A stretch of DNA of 64,000 bases from a virus. A program made the position numbers and the translations under genes. The stretch is taken from IMG/VR virus record IMGVR_UViG_3300027759_000050, positions 64,001 through 128,000 of that record. One strand, written 5' to 3'. Positions 25,615 through 35,587 of the stretch are shown piece after piece; position 1 is the first letter of the stretch; each line of letters opens with the position of its first letter. Under the pieces are notes generated by a model that had not been told where the DNA came from, made no database searches, and saw nothing but the letters and a program-made list of their open reading frames with translations.

Positions 25615-26079
25615 TCATTTCCTATTTCTTTCAGCTTCCGCCACTCTCTTACGGAGACTGGAGGATGAAAAAGAATGGTCTCGGCCATTGTAAACAATTC
25701 CTATTCCTCTTTTTTGGCATATATCTCTACCAGTAAAGTCCTTATCCTTGTACTCTACTCCTAATATTCTAACATCAACAGGCAGAATAAGCAAGAGGTC
25801 CTCTAAATCTTTTTCTGTCTGATAAACTACCACTTCATCCACATTGCGATTCGTAGATAATTGAATCTGTCTTTCTACTATACTCTGAATGGGAGGATTC
25901 TTGGACTCAGGTCGGTCGATAGTCGGATCGGTCTGAAGTGCAGCAATCAGGTAATCACAATGGTTCTTCGCTTCAGCCAGCATAGCAATATGTCCAGCAT
26001 GTAATAGGTCAAAGGTCGAAAAGGTAATACCGATGGTCAGGCCTTGTTGTTTTAATTCTTTGATTCTATTGAATATCAT
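25615..26079 (-). CDS. TagD/RfaE-like cytidylyltransferase
   Basis: FDLLHAGH, ER, VDEV, SSS.LR. Confidence 0.85.
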   Translation of the reverse strand: MIFNRIKELKQQGLTIGITFSTFDLLHAGHIAMLAEAKNHCDYLIAALQTDPTIDRPESKNPPIQSIVERQIQLSTNRNVDEVVVYQTEKDLEDLLLILPVDVRILGVEYKDKDFTGRDICQKRGIGIVYNGRDHSFSSSSLRKRVAEAERNRK

Positions 26080-26976
26080 ACCATGTCCATAAAAAGTCTA
26101 CTACGAGCTTTCCGGCTAATCTGTGAATCTATGATTTCAGCTGACCGTTGCATCATAGCACAAGCCATCATTAGAAGTTCTTCTCGGCTATCACACATCA
26201 AAATTTGTTGTTCTACAGGAAACATTAGTTCATGCATCCTAATACGAACGGAATCTTTTTCATCTTCTGTCATTTCTTTTTCCTCTTAGGTGGAGGTTCA
26301 ATAGTCTCCTGAAACCTTGCAACCCATTCTTCGTGGTCTTTGTTGTTTTTATTGAATGTCACTTCATCAATCTCAACATCATTCCAGAAGTGCCTGTAAC
26401 CTTCGGTACTCAGGACTTCTACGACAAACGGTTCAGGCTTCTTGCTTCTGGTCGCCATTGTACATCCTCACACATTCACGGAGCCTCAGTTCTTTCTTAA
26501 TGAAAAAGGCTTTATCGTCATACTCCATGTGTTTGCTTTTGTGTTCAATAGACAATCCAGTATAATATTGAAAGTTGGCTTTCAGGGCCGCATCGGACAA
26601 CCGTTCAGTGGGTTCAGTAATCATATAAAGTTTTTCCATAATAAATTCATTTAACCTGTTTCAAGATTTGTACCATGTCCGAAGGAACAAGGAATGCTCG
26701 AGCTAGATAATCGGTGCCACCTATTATTTTATCTTCCCTTTTTGTAAACAAAACATGTTTAGACCGTAACAATTCTTCAGCAATCATATGACATAAATTT
26801 TTCTTAATCCAAGCTTCTGAATCTCCAACGTCGAGGCTTAATTTTTGAAATTCTGTTATTTTAAAATTAGCCGTCAACATTTCACCTTTGATTACATGTT
26901 GAGTTTCTAGCAATGGGTCATTTATGTTTTTGTGAAAATCGTCCCAAGAATTTATATTCCAATTTGTTTTTGCCAT
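26076..26976 (-). other. Four small hypothetical genes (26076-26273, 26270-26458, 26433-26639, 26647-26976)
   Basis: Coupled ORFs. Confidence 0.6.
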
Positions 26977-27237
26977 TTATTCCTCAAAAATCAAAACTAC
27001 ATCTTCTTCGGAAAGGATATAGAATGTGTTTCCTTCAACAACAGTCTTTGAAGCTGCATTCCAGTTGGTTAGTATAACATCACCAACAGAAATGTCAAGC
27101 ACTTCTGGACCAACAGAGATAACTTTACCGCGGTTAACTTCATCACGGTCAGTTCTGGTCAAAATAATACCACCTGGTGATACCTTTTCTTTTTCGATAA
27201 TTTCTACCACTAGTTTTTTGTTCAAAGGCTTTAGCAT
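26977..27237 (-). CDS. groES: Co-chaperonin GroES
   Basis: LKPL..K+VV, S.GGIIL, G.VISVGP, VGDV+, E.DV. Confidence 0.9.
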   Translation of the reverse strand: MLKPLNKKLVVEIIEKEKVSPGGIILTRTDRDEVNRGKVISVGPEVLDISVGDVILTNWNAASKTVVEGNTFYILSEEDVVLIFEE

Positions 27238-27247
27238 AATTTTCTTT

Positions 27248-28069
27248 CTATATTTTTAACATTTCTTCGTAAGTATAATTACGTTCCATGTAAGTTGAGG
27301 GATTCTTCAAATAATTTTCTACGGCATCACCCGGTCGCCTAGGAGAATGACTCACTTTGAAATCTACACCGTTGACTTTCTTAAAAATGTCAATAATCTC
27401 TTGGACTGTCCGAGTATCACCATAAGCTAAGTTCTCAATAGACATACTTGGTTTATCTATAGCTTTAATGAGCGCTCTGCAAATATCGTTCACATGGACA
27501 TATTCCCGGACAGCAGTACCATCCTTGGTTCGATAATCCGTTCCATTAAGAGTGAAATCTCTAGTTTGTATAGCGTTAGTCAGATTGTAGAACAGACCAT
27601 CTGGATTCGTTGCAGGATAACCTCCAGACCCAATAACATTATAGAATCGAAATATGGTGTAATCTCTTTCTCCCATATATTCTCTAATGATATGTTCAGC
27701 CATCAACTTACTATAACCATAAGGACTTGTTGGATTGTCTGCAGCACCGGTAGATGCAAAAATGAAGTTTTTATATTCCAAATTCTCCAGTAGATTGATT
27801 GTACCATTGACATTTGTTTTGCAATATTCGCTAGGTTTTTGAACCGATTCTCCCACACGGATAAGTGCGGCAAGATGGATTACGGCACCAAACTTAATAC
27901 CAAAAAAACTCTTGTAAAGAGCATTAGGATTACGAATATCAATACTGTTAGTCCACACAGGATCAGCATAGTCTAATCGCCAAATATCAATGTCAGGTCG
28001 AGTCTCGGTAAGCATCTTATACAAATGCTTACCGATGTACCCGTTTGAACCAGTGATTAATACTTTCAT
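27248..28069 (-). CDS. NAD-dependent epimerase (GalE-like)
   Basis: TGSNGYIG, HLAA, SPYGYSK, R.YNV.G, DGT.VR.YVHV.D, RRPGD. Confidence 0.85.
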   Translation of the reverse strand: MKVLITGSNGYIGKHLYKMLTETRPDIDIWRLDYADPVWTNSIDIRNPNALYKSFFGIKFGAVIHLAALIRVGESVQKPSEYCKTNVNGTINLLENLEYKNFIFASTGAADNPTSPYGYSKLMAEHIIREYMGERDYTIFRFYNVIGSGGYPATNPDGLFYNLTNAIQTRDFTLNGTDYRTKDGTAVREYVHVNDICRALIKAIDKPSMSIENLAYGDTRTVQEIIDIFKKVNGVDFKVSHSPRRPGDAVENYLKNPSTYMERNYTYEEMLKI

Positions 28070-28263
28070 TCTGATAGGAATGTAGGACGGCTATTACCAA
28101 CAAAATCATCAGCCAATTTCTCAGCTTCTTCTTTTACATAACTCCGTGAAGAATGTGAAAACATTTCATTCATATAGAAAGCGATAGTGTATACACCCAT
28201 TGCATCCTTGCGAACTTCACTTTTCTTATTATCTACTTGTGCAGTATAACATAAATCAAACAT
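28066..28263 (-). CDS. Hypothetical protein
   Basis: AAGGAG RBS, coupled. Confidence 0.6.
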   Translation of the reverse strand: MFDLCYTAQVDNKKSEVRKDAMGVYTIAFYMNEMFSHSSRSYVKEEAEKLADDFVGNSRPTFLSE

Positions 28264-28272
28264 ACTAACTCC

Positions 28273-30477
28273 TTATGTAATCAAATCAATAAACCGGTTC
28301 AAAACAACACGGCTACTTTTCCTTGAAGAACTGAATTTATTAAATTCAGAAGCAATCTTTTTCAAAGATGCAGATTCTTCTACTTCAAATTCAGAATCTT
28401 CATCAGTATCTAGGCCTTCGGAACGGAGCAAATAATATTCATCAAAACCACCGTTGGTGATAACCTGAAATTTGTTAGTACGAAAATCTTTTTTCATTTT
28501 GTCAACATGAACAGTGTCAAGGTCTGGCATGTATTTTGATGCAACATAACTAAATTGGCGACCTGGAAGAACATAGAAACCAATGATGTTACAACCTGTA
28601 CGAACTTTCAAAAGTTTGATATAAGCTGAAGTCAGTTCATTGTCGGACATAGTTGAAATCATCACTTCATACTTTGTAATTGGATCACGGATAACCAATC
28701 TTTGATTCTTACTACCATAACCTTGAGCTGACCACAGATAACGGCCATAACCATCAGCAACAGCAGTCCATTTGTTTCCTTCACCATCAGTCAAGAATAC
28801 GGTATTAACAATTTGCAGTCTATTTTCTTTTTTGAATTTAGGAACAATTTTCATTGCAGCAACAATAGATTCATTCAAAGGAGTTCCGCCAAGTTTAAAC
28901 CAATCAGGCATTGTCCAACGCCCATGTTGTTCATATCTTAAAAGAGCACCAGCAGCTTTAGTGAATTGAACGGCACTCATTTTGTTTGAAAGAAGATTCA
29001 ATAATCTAAAATCAGAAAGACACATATCTCCACGTTTTAAACTATTTTGATGTTGCCAACCTTTATCAATGTCTTCATATTCTGTACTGAAAGCATACAC
29101 TTCATAAGGAATATTAATCTTCTTGCAAAACATCACAAGGTTCAATAATTGCTTTACGGTGTTTCCAATGTTATCAGACATGGAACCTGACCAATCAATG
29201 AACATAACCAGACCATGTGATTTACCACCAGGTACAACAGTAATCTTCTTGAAAATATCTTCACTGAATTGATAAGAGAAAATCTTACTCATGTTCAGTT
29301 CACCAGTTTTTGAAATGCTTGCACGTTTCATTTGGTCAGCATTCTTACGCAGCTCAAATTCTTTTACAAGATAAGAAACCACTTTCTTAGAATCTTCACG
29401 AAATTTAAGAAATTCTTCTTTATCTTTTACTAAGAATTCTTTCCATTCGGATTTGGGTCCACCCAATTCTTTATACTTAAAAGTAACATCATCTTCATAA
29501 CGAGACCAAACTACACTGTGGTCCACGATAATTCTATCAGTGTTCAGATTTGGAACATTACCATATCCATATTCTAAGGAACTAGAAGAAAACATTCGGC
29601 TTTCGTTTTTACGGTAAGCTTCATCTGTTTCTGAAACAGGTTCTTCAACTTGTTTTGTTTTACGGCCGCCGGCACCACCACCTTGATTTTTACCAGATTT
29701 ATCATCAACACCTTCAGCTCCGCCACTTTCAGGTTTAGAAGATTTTGTTCCTTCTTCATTTACACCTTCTTCATCAGAAGTTTTGCCTTTTTTACTTTCT
29801 TCTTCTTTGGAATTTTCATCAGATTTTTCACCAAGGATTTCTTCAAGAATTTGATCCATTTCTTCATCGGATAAATCAACTTCGCCTTTTTCAGTTCCAC
29901 TTTCTTCTTCCGGATTTTCTTCTTCTTGGCTTTTCATGTAATCAGAAACTTTTTTATAAACTTCAATTACATCATCATAGGTTTGTGTATTTTCGATTTC
30001 TTCCAGAAGTTCGGTTTCAACATCATCGAATTTAATACCAGTAGATGCACCACCTTTGCAGTAAAGGTTAACACGGTCGATGAAATTTAGTTCATTTAGG
30101 TCTTTGCCTGCGGTACCAAAGAAATCTTGGTCAACCAATTCTCTGTAAGCACGAATGAAAGACTGGCGAATGCCAGGATATTTTGTTTTGATTTTACGTT
30201 CAATACGGGAATCTTCCAGTACATTCATAACACTCATGGAGTATTTTAGGTCGTAGGCCTTTTTCATACCATCTTCTGGTGTATAAAGTGCATGACCGAC
30301 TTCGTGACCCATGAATAGGTCGTACAGGTAAGATGATATTCCGTTTTCCAGGATAGGAATGGTTAGAATACGATTTTTAACATCAAAGGATGCTGTTGGA
30401 ACCTTGCGTTGTTCGATATGAAGGTTCTCGGTTGCCATAAGTTTGGCTAGAATTGACTTGGATTCGATTAGTTCCAT
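28273..30477 (-). CDS. CobT-like metallopeptidase-VWA protein (likely partner of the CobS-like ATPase)
   Basis: HEVGHAL, N.LED.RIE, acidic linker, DWSGSM, GGTPL, FLTDGE. Confidence 0.85.
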   Translation of the reverse strand: MELIESKSILAKLMATENLHIEQRKVPTASFDVKNRILTIPILENGISSYLYDLFMGHEVGHALYTPEDGMKKAYDLKYSMSVMNVLEDSRIERKIKTKYPGIRQSFIRAYRELVDQDFFGTAGKDLNELNFIDRVNLYCKGGASTGIKFDDVETELLEEIENTQTYDDVIEVYKKVSDYMKSQEEENPEEESGTEKGEVDLSDEEMDQILEEILGEKSDENSKEEESKKGKTSDEEGVNEEGTKSSKPESGGAEGVDDKSGKNQGGGAGGRKTKQVEEPVSETDEAYRKNESRMFSSSSLEYGYGNVPNLNTDRIIVDHSVVWSRYEDDVTFKYKELGGPKSEWKEFLVKDKEEFLKFREDSKKVVSYLVKEFELRKNADQMKRASISKTGELNMSKIFSYQFSEDIFKKITVVPGGKSHGLVMFIDWSGSMSDNIGNTVKQLLNLVMFCKKINIPYEVYAFSTEYEDIDKGWQHQNSLKRGDMCLSDFRLLNLLSNKMSAVQFTKAAGALLRYEQHGRWTMPDWFKLGGTPLNESIVAAMKIVPKFKKENRLQIVNTVFLTDGEGNKWTAVADGYGRYLWSAQGYGSKNQRLVIRDPITKYEVMISTMSDNELTSAYIKLLKVRTGCNIIGFYVLPGRQFSYVASKYMPDLDTVHVDKMKKDFRTNKFQVITNGGFDEYYLLRSEGLDTDEDSEFEVEESASLKKIASEFNKFSSSRKSSRVVLNRFIDLIT

Positions 30478-30502
30478 GGTATTTCCTAAAAGTAATGTAT
30501 GT

Positions 30503-30530
30503 ATTATACACTATTTTCGTTATTTGTCAA
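30503..30530 (-). promoter_or_regulatory. sigma70 promoter
   Basis: TTGACA-16-TATAAT. Confidence 0.75.
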
Positions 30531-30719
30531 GCTTTTGTCAGTAATAATTAGTGTGCCTTCTTCGGTCACCTCTAAATGTAGTGTTGTTCCTTCTTTCCAA
30601 CCCATTTTTTCGATTAGCTCTGGTGGAAAAGTCAGAATTCCATCGCCGGATCCGTCTTCGGCTTCTTGAATGTATGTAATCCAAGTGTTTTCAGTTGGTA
30701 TATTGTCGTAGTTGTTCAT
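30504..30719 (-). CDS. AbrB/MazE-like DNA-binding protein
   Basis: GD.IL.FP.E+...+GW.EG..L.+.V. Confidence 0.75.
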   Translation of the reverse strand: MNNYDNIPTENTWITYIQEAEDGSGDGILTFPPELIEKMGWKEGTTLHLEVTEEGTLIITDKSLTNNENSV

Positions 30720-30845
30720 AATTTTCTTGATCCTGTTCGAATTGTGTCATAACAGCCCATCGGCAAACTGCTTGATTGAGTTCATTTAGTGATTCCGCAG
30801 TGAATTTTGGTTTTTTATTGTCAATTTCTGTATTTTCTGTCATTT

Positions 30846-30995
30846 TTATTGCTCTCCGAGAAGAATTCGTGACAGTTTCTGCGGATGTTTGACTTTCCGG
30901 TCGTGCTCTGACACAATTTTGTGCTTTTGCACGGGTTTTATGGGAGTCCGGCAGTGCGGACGTGCTAGTTTTAGTGTAAAATTGAGTTTTTTCAT
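30846..30995 (-). CDS. 49-aa basic protein, weakly ArfA-like (absent from ORF track)
   Basis: MKKLNF...PVQKHKIVSEHDRKVKHP; GAGG RBS. Confidence 0.5.
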   Translation of the reverse strand: MKKLNFTLKLARPHCRTPIKPVQKHKIVSEHDRKVKHPQKLSRILLGEQ

Positions 30996-30996
30996 G

Positions 30997-31341
30997 TTAA
31001 CGCCTCATACTTGAAATGTCTTTTGCTTGTTCATCAGTAAAAACAGGTACGGCATTAGATTTATGCATTGTTGCAATACCTTTGACCATAGAACCAGTGT
31101 ATATTTTAGCTGGAGCTTTAGTTGCATCACCTGGTCCCGTATCTAAAGACTTAAATTTGGCCGTTTCACGGACATAAACACTGGTCACAACAGGAGTTTT
31201 AACTTCCATTGTTTTAGAGTATTTACTTAATGACTTAGGCTTCATATCCTCGATGGATTTGAGCCATTCTTCATACTGTGCCTGTTGGTTCTTAGGCACT
31301 TTCCGTTTTTTAGATTTGGGAACTTTACAGTGGATAAACAT
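30997..31341 (-). CDS. Conserved T4-like protein (GIATMHKSNAVPV...ISSMRR family)
   Basis: Motif recognition; own promoter. Confidence 0.75.
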   Translation of the reverse strand: MFIHCKVPKSKKRKVPKNQQAQYEEWLKSIEDMKPKSLSKYSKTMEVKTPVVTSVYVRETAKFKSLDTGPGDATKAPAKIYTGSMVKGIATMHKSNAVPVFTDEQAKDISSMRR

Positions 31342-31365
31342 AATATATTTCCGTACAAGATTCAC

Positions 31366-31418
31366 ATTATACAGAACTTTCAAGTAATTGTCAAGTTATT
31401 TGTTGTTTTAATACAACA
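31366..31418 (-). promoter_or_regulatory. sigma70 promoter with upstream TGTTG-N8-CAACA
   Basis: TTGACA-17-TATAAT; TGTTGTATTAAAACAACA. Confidence 0.85.
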
Positions 31419-31614
31419 CTTAACGTCTAAATTTCATTTTATCGGCACCCCAATCGGTTTCGTACTTATCAAATTGAGATGGTCTAGTAAAACTCTTTTG
31501 TTTGTCTCGCTTCTTACGTTTATCGTATTGGTTTTTTTCAAAACCATAATCTTCGTTGTAGTTTCTATCTTTGCGAAACTTCTCTACATCTTTTGACACC
31601 TAAAACTCCTATAG

Positions 31615-32037
31615 TTATGGCAACATTGCCGGGAAAGCCTCTTTAACGAACTTATAATTAAGTCCAATTACACCGAAATCTTTTCTGAAAATACCCATTA
31701 CAACTTCCGCTTCACGGGGTTCCAAATTCTGCAACAACTCAACCAAAAGTTGTTCACGTTTTTTATCTGTTAGTTTATCAGCGGTTTCGTTACCCTTTTG
31801 GAACATATACAGTTTTCGCATCTCGGTTGAAAGGCTCGCATAACTCATTCCTGGAGGAACATTTTTAACCACATATCCAGCAGGCATTTCATTAAAGTAC
31901 CATTTTGGTTCTGGATGAAATCCTAGCTTTAACACATCAGCCAATACTTGTGATAGATTTTTTCCAATTACATCCATTCGTTGTTGCTTAGTTACAGCAA
32001 GTTCAAATTGGTCGAATATTTCATATATATTTTTCAT
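31615..32037 (-). CDS. Conserved T4-like protein downstream of rnh
   Basis: KRE.L...LL..L.P.EA, VKEAFP. Confidence 0.75.
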   Translation of the reverse strand: MKNIYEIFDQFELAVTKQQRMDVIGKNLSQVLADVLKLGFHPEPKWYFNEMPAGYVVKNVPPGMSYASLSTEMRKLYMFQKGNETADKLTDKKREQLLVELLQNLEPREAEVVMGIFRKDFGVIGLNYKFVKEAFPAMLP

Positions 32038-32897
32038 TAAAAGTCCTCAATTACTTCCATTAAATTTTTCAGCCTGTACTGAATAAAATAGTTAAACATC
32101 TTTTGTTTAGATGCAGGTTTAGAATCATCATAGGTATTTATGATTTTCTCTTTGATTTCAACAGGTATGCAAGTAAGGTCAATTAATGTCCTATTGCGTG
32201 AGAACCCCGTCAAAGCATTACTGTCAATTAAGTCACTGGTTTTATCCATATCTTCTTTTAACAGTTTATTCAATTTATCTTCTGATATACTCTTTTGTCG
32301 AACACCTCGGACAAAGCAATCTGATGGTGAAAAGATGTTTGGAATGCCATCACCTTTATCACCACGAATGATTTTCTCTTTTAACTCAATCAATGGGTTC
32401 TGTGATTTAATATATTTCTTTTGTGCTGGATTGTATTGTTTAATATTTGGTCCATATTGTTGCAACTGGAGAAAATCTCCATCACTGGACAAAATCAATA
32501 CTTTTTGGTGTGCTGCATATCTTGGTGCAAGTGTACCAATAATGTCATCAGCTTCTGCTCCGTCAACATCAATAACTTTGTATGGAAAGTTTTCTTTAAG
32601 CTCTTGTTTGAGTTTGGTCAACAATTCGAAAATCAGGTGCCAATCAAGTGCAGATTTTTCACGGGTTGCTTTACGACCTGCCTTGTAGAATGGAAAGAAC
32701 TCCTTACGCCAATACTTGCGGTTGTCACAACAGAGTACAACTTCACCATATTCGTTACGGAAAGTCTTTAGGTGCATCCTAAGAATATTTAGGACCAAGT
32801 GGCGAATTAAGTCTTCTTCCAACTTAACTCCTTTTTGGTTTGATAGTTGAGCCATTAAGCCTGCTAAAAGAACCTGGTTCAGGTCGACAAGAATCAT
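32037..32897 (-). CDS. rnh: RNase H / 5'-3' exonuclease
   Basis: LVDLNQ, YWR...FP.YKA.R, EADD, SSDGDF.QL, GD.GDGIPN. Confidence 0.93.
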   Translation of the reverse strand: MILVDLNQVLLAGLMAQLSNQKGVKLEEDLIRHLVLNILRMHLKTFRNEYGEVVLCCDNRKYWRKEFFPFYKAGRKATREKSALDWHLIFELLTKLKQELKENFPYKVIDVDGAEADDIIGTLAPRYAAHQKVLILSSDGDFLQLQQYGPNIKQYNPAQKKYIKSQNPLIELKEKIIRGDKGDGIPNIFSPSDCFVRGVRQKSISEDKLNKLLKEDMDKTSDLIDSNALTGFSRNRTLIDLTCIPVEIKEKIINTYDDSKPASKQKMFNYFIQYRLKNLMEVIEDF

Positions 32898-32929
32898 TAT
32901 AAATCCATAAGTTATAAAACTACACTATA

Positions 32930-33271
32930 TCACGTTTCTTGAAATTTGTCAAATATTCCATCCATAAGTCTACCAGATGTTGTTGTTTTTTTGCAAATGA
33001 CTCCATAAAAATCCAACGGAATTAACATGGACATATATTCCAACGGTGCGGCCAGAATTGCATCAAATCTCTCTAAATCATCAATGTCTCCGTCTTCAGT
33101 TTCTCTGAACAATATAACATCATAACAATCACCTAAAACACTGCCAGGTACTTTTTCACCAGCTTCTTTCAATTCATTAACTTCAATGTGAAGTGAATCT
33201 TCTTCTTCACCTGGCAGAAACATAAATGTGTGAAAATTTGCCTTATCAAATTTCTTTAAGTAGTCTAGCAT
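32930..33271 (-). CDS. Hypothetical acidic protein
   Basis: ORF in operon. Confidence 0.65.
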   Translation of the reverse strand: MLDYLKKFDKANFHTFMFLPGEEEDSLHIEVNELKEAGEKVPGSVLGDCYDVILFRETEDGDIDDLERFDAILAAPLEYMSMLIPLDFYGVICKKTTTSGRLMDGIFDKFQET

Positions 33272-33677
33272 TATAATCCTTAATGTGTGATTTTCTTACT
33301 CTAACCATAATCCAGCTATTGTAATATTCTTCACTCTCCATAACTTTGTGTGCAAATTGTTCTTTTGCTTCAACATAACTACATTCACCTTTTGATTTAC
33401 ATAGATGTAGTATTTCTCTTTTGAATTTATCTTTTCCATAGAGTACAACATCTTTTTGTAATTCTTCACTACTTCCATAATAAGTTGGCCAGTCACTAGC
33501 CACTTTATATTTTTTCTTTTTGCCTTTTACTTGTCTTGTTTTGGAGAAATAGAAAAGTTTCTTACCAATGTATTTTCTATTTGTTTCTAGGTTTGTTATC
33601 ATGTATACAAACCCGTAACTATCTCCAATCAAATCTTCTGCAAAGTCTGAGTCTTTATATAACCAGTTTATTCCCAT
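33246..33677 (-). CDS. Short GIY-YIG nuclease (Seg-like catalytic domain only)
   Basis: GFVY.ITN....KYIGKK, YYGSS, F.REIL, YYN. Confidence 0.8.
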   Translation of the reverse strand: MGINWLYKDSDFAEDLIGDSYGFVYMITNLETNRKYIGKKLFYFSKTRQVKGKKKKYKVASDWPTYYGSSEELQKDVVLYGKDKFKREILHLCKSKGECSYVEAKEQFAHKVMESEEYYNSWIMVRVRKSHIKDYNARLLKEI

Positions 33678-33856
33678 TTTAAGTCATCTTCATCAATGTC
33701 ATCATCCTCTATATATTCTTCGGATAATTCTTCGATGGGTTCGCCACAAAATGGACAAAACTCTGGCATTTCTTGTGAGGTTAGTTCCTCATAAAACTCA
33801 ACTTCGTATGTTGATTCACAGTTTAGACATTCTCCTGATACTATCTTGTTTTTCAT
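33668..33856 (-). CDS. Zinc-ribbon protein
   Basis: CLNC...CPFCG, acidic tail. Confidence 0.7.
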   Translation of the reverse strand: MKNKIVSGECLNCESTYEVEFYEELTSQEMPEFCPFCGEPIEELSEEYIEDDDIDEDDLKWE

Positions 33857-33877
33857 TTTTATCTCCCATTTTTGTTA

Positions 33878-34864
33878 TTAGTTTGCCCATACATCACCCC
33901 AATCTCCAGACAAAGCACCTTTTGCATAATCGGTTGCTCTGTTCTCAAAAAAGTTTGTATGCGTTGGAGCATTAATCATTTCTTCAACCCATGGTAATGG
34001 GTTTTTCTTAACTTTAAAGATACCTTTCAAACTCAACGAAATCAATCTACGGTCAGCAATGTAACGAATGTACTTCTTAACATCTTCCGCAGATAGACCT
34101 TCCATAGCACCCATATTGAAAGCTAAATCAATAAACTTATCTTCAAGTTCAACCATCTTTTCTGCGATAGTATAGATACGAGATTTCAGTTCATCATTCC
34201 AAATTTCTGGATTCTCACCTATGTATGTTCTAAACAATTTAATCATGTTCTCAGCATGTTGTGTTTCATCAACGATGGACCAAGTAACAATCTGACCCAT
34301 ACCTTTCATTTTGCCGTGGCGTGGGAAATTCAATAACATAATGAATGAAGAAAACAACTGCATGCCTTCGGTGAATGCAGAGAATACAGCAATGTGTGTT
34401 GCTGTATTTTGTTTAGTTGTATTCTGTTTAGATATGTCGATTACATAATCATGTTTCTCACGCATTTCAGCATACTCAGAGAATTCATTGTATGTTGTTT
34501 CTGGTAGACCAAGAGTTTCAATCAAGTGTGAGTAAGCAGCAACGTGTAGAGCTTCACGAGCAGCAAAACCCAACAACATCATACGCATTTCTGGTTGTGG
34601 GAAATATGGCAAGTAGTTGTTTACATAACCACCAGCAACGTCAATATCTCCTTGTGTGAAGAATCTAAAGATGTGTGTCAAGAATTGTTTTTCTTCGGTC
34701 GATAGTTTGTTTTTCCAATCTTTAACATCTTCCGACATTGGAACTTCTGTATGCAACCAATGTGATTGTTCATGTTTCAACCATGCATCATAAGCCCATG
34801 CGTAGTTGAATGGTTTAAAGTATGTTCGTTCTTGTGTAACGTCTTGTTTTGTTTTTTTAATCAT
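33878..34864 (-). CDS. nrdB: Class Ia ribonucleotide reductase beta subunit
   Basis: FFTQGDIDV, REALH..AY, EGMQLFSSF, DETQH, NFFENRATDY. Confidence 0.95.
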   Translation of the reverse strand: MIKKTKQDVTQERTYFKPFNYAWAYDAWLKHEQSHWLHTEVPMSEDVKDWKNKLSTEEKQFLTHIFRFFTQGDIDVAGGYVNNYLPYFPQPEMRMMLLGFAAREALHVAAYSHLIETLGLPETTYNEFSEYAEMREKHDYVIDISKQNTTKQNTATHIAVFSAFTEGMQLFSSFIMLLNFPRHGKMKGMGQIVTWSIVDETQHAENMIKLFRTYIGENPEIWNDELKSRIYTIAEKMVELEDKFIDLAFNMGAMEGLSAEDVKKYIRYIADRRLISLSLKGIFKVKKNPLPWVEEMINAPTHTNFFENRATDYAKGALSGDWGDVWAN

Positions 34865-34876
34865 TTCTTTCTTTCT

Positions 34877-35587
34877 TTAATTCCAGTATTTTGAGTGATT
34901 TATGTTGTCCCAGTATTTTTTATTATTTCTATTCCAAAAATTCTTGATTAGGTATAAAGCCATACCAAAGTAACCCATTTTTTGAAATCTTCTACTATCT
35001 TGGCCAACATAATGATTGACTAATTTAAACTTCTTTGTATCATACATCTTTGACAGGAAAAAGTCTTCACTTGTTCCATACTTCTCAGCAAAGCCACCAT
35101 ATTCTTCAAATTTATCTCGGCGTGTAAGCATGAATGCACCAACAGCAAAAGGAACTTTGTAACTCATTATACGGTTTACAAAATTGAATGTCATAAATCC
35201 AATCTGTGCTGTTTTGTTCTTATCATAACACTTTATATAGAGTCCAACAAGGTCGAGGTTGTTTGATTCCAATTCATCAACTGCATCACGAATAACCATG
35301 TCACTAAAAAATCTCACATCGGCGTCAATAAACAAAATGTAAGGAGTAGTGACTAGTTTTGCACCATTATTCTTGGCAATTGAAACTGGTCCACCTTCAA
35401 TAACTTCAACATTTAAATTACCTTTATAAAAATCGATAGTATCTCTTGTGGCGTCCGTAGAACAATCAGCAATAATAATTCTTGTATTACCTATGTTCTG
35501 TCTCTTTAGGTTGAGTAACAGATGAAAAATATATCTTTCTTCATTCTTGCAAGGAATAACAATAGTAATTTTATCACTCAGCATCAT
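34877..35587 (-). CDS. GT2 glycosyltransferase
   Basis: IVIPCKNE, AD.STD.T, A.N.GA, FIDAD, GGF, SED. Confidence 0.88.
   Translation of the reverse strand: MMLSDKITIVIPCKNEERYIFHLLLNLKRQNIGNTRIIIADCSTDATRDTIDFYKGNLNVEVIEGGPVSIAKNNGAKLVTTPYILFIDADVRFFSDMVIRDAVDELESNNLDLVGLYIKCYDKNKTAQIGFMTFNFVNRIMSYKVPFAVGAFMLTRRDKFEEYGGFAEKYGTSEDFFLSKMYDTKKFKLVNHYVGQDSRRFQKMGYFGMALYLIKNFWNRNNKKYWDNINHSKYWN

Noticed and set aside
11530-30477. Cobalamin biosynthesis from cobS/cobT-like genes
   Set aside because: These are the MoxR-AAA/VWA pair widespread in T4-like phages; no other cob genes are present
33246-33677. Third mobile homing endonuclease
   Set aside because: Catalytic domain only, no DNA-binding repeats or insertion scar; looks like a resident conserved gene
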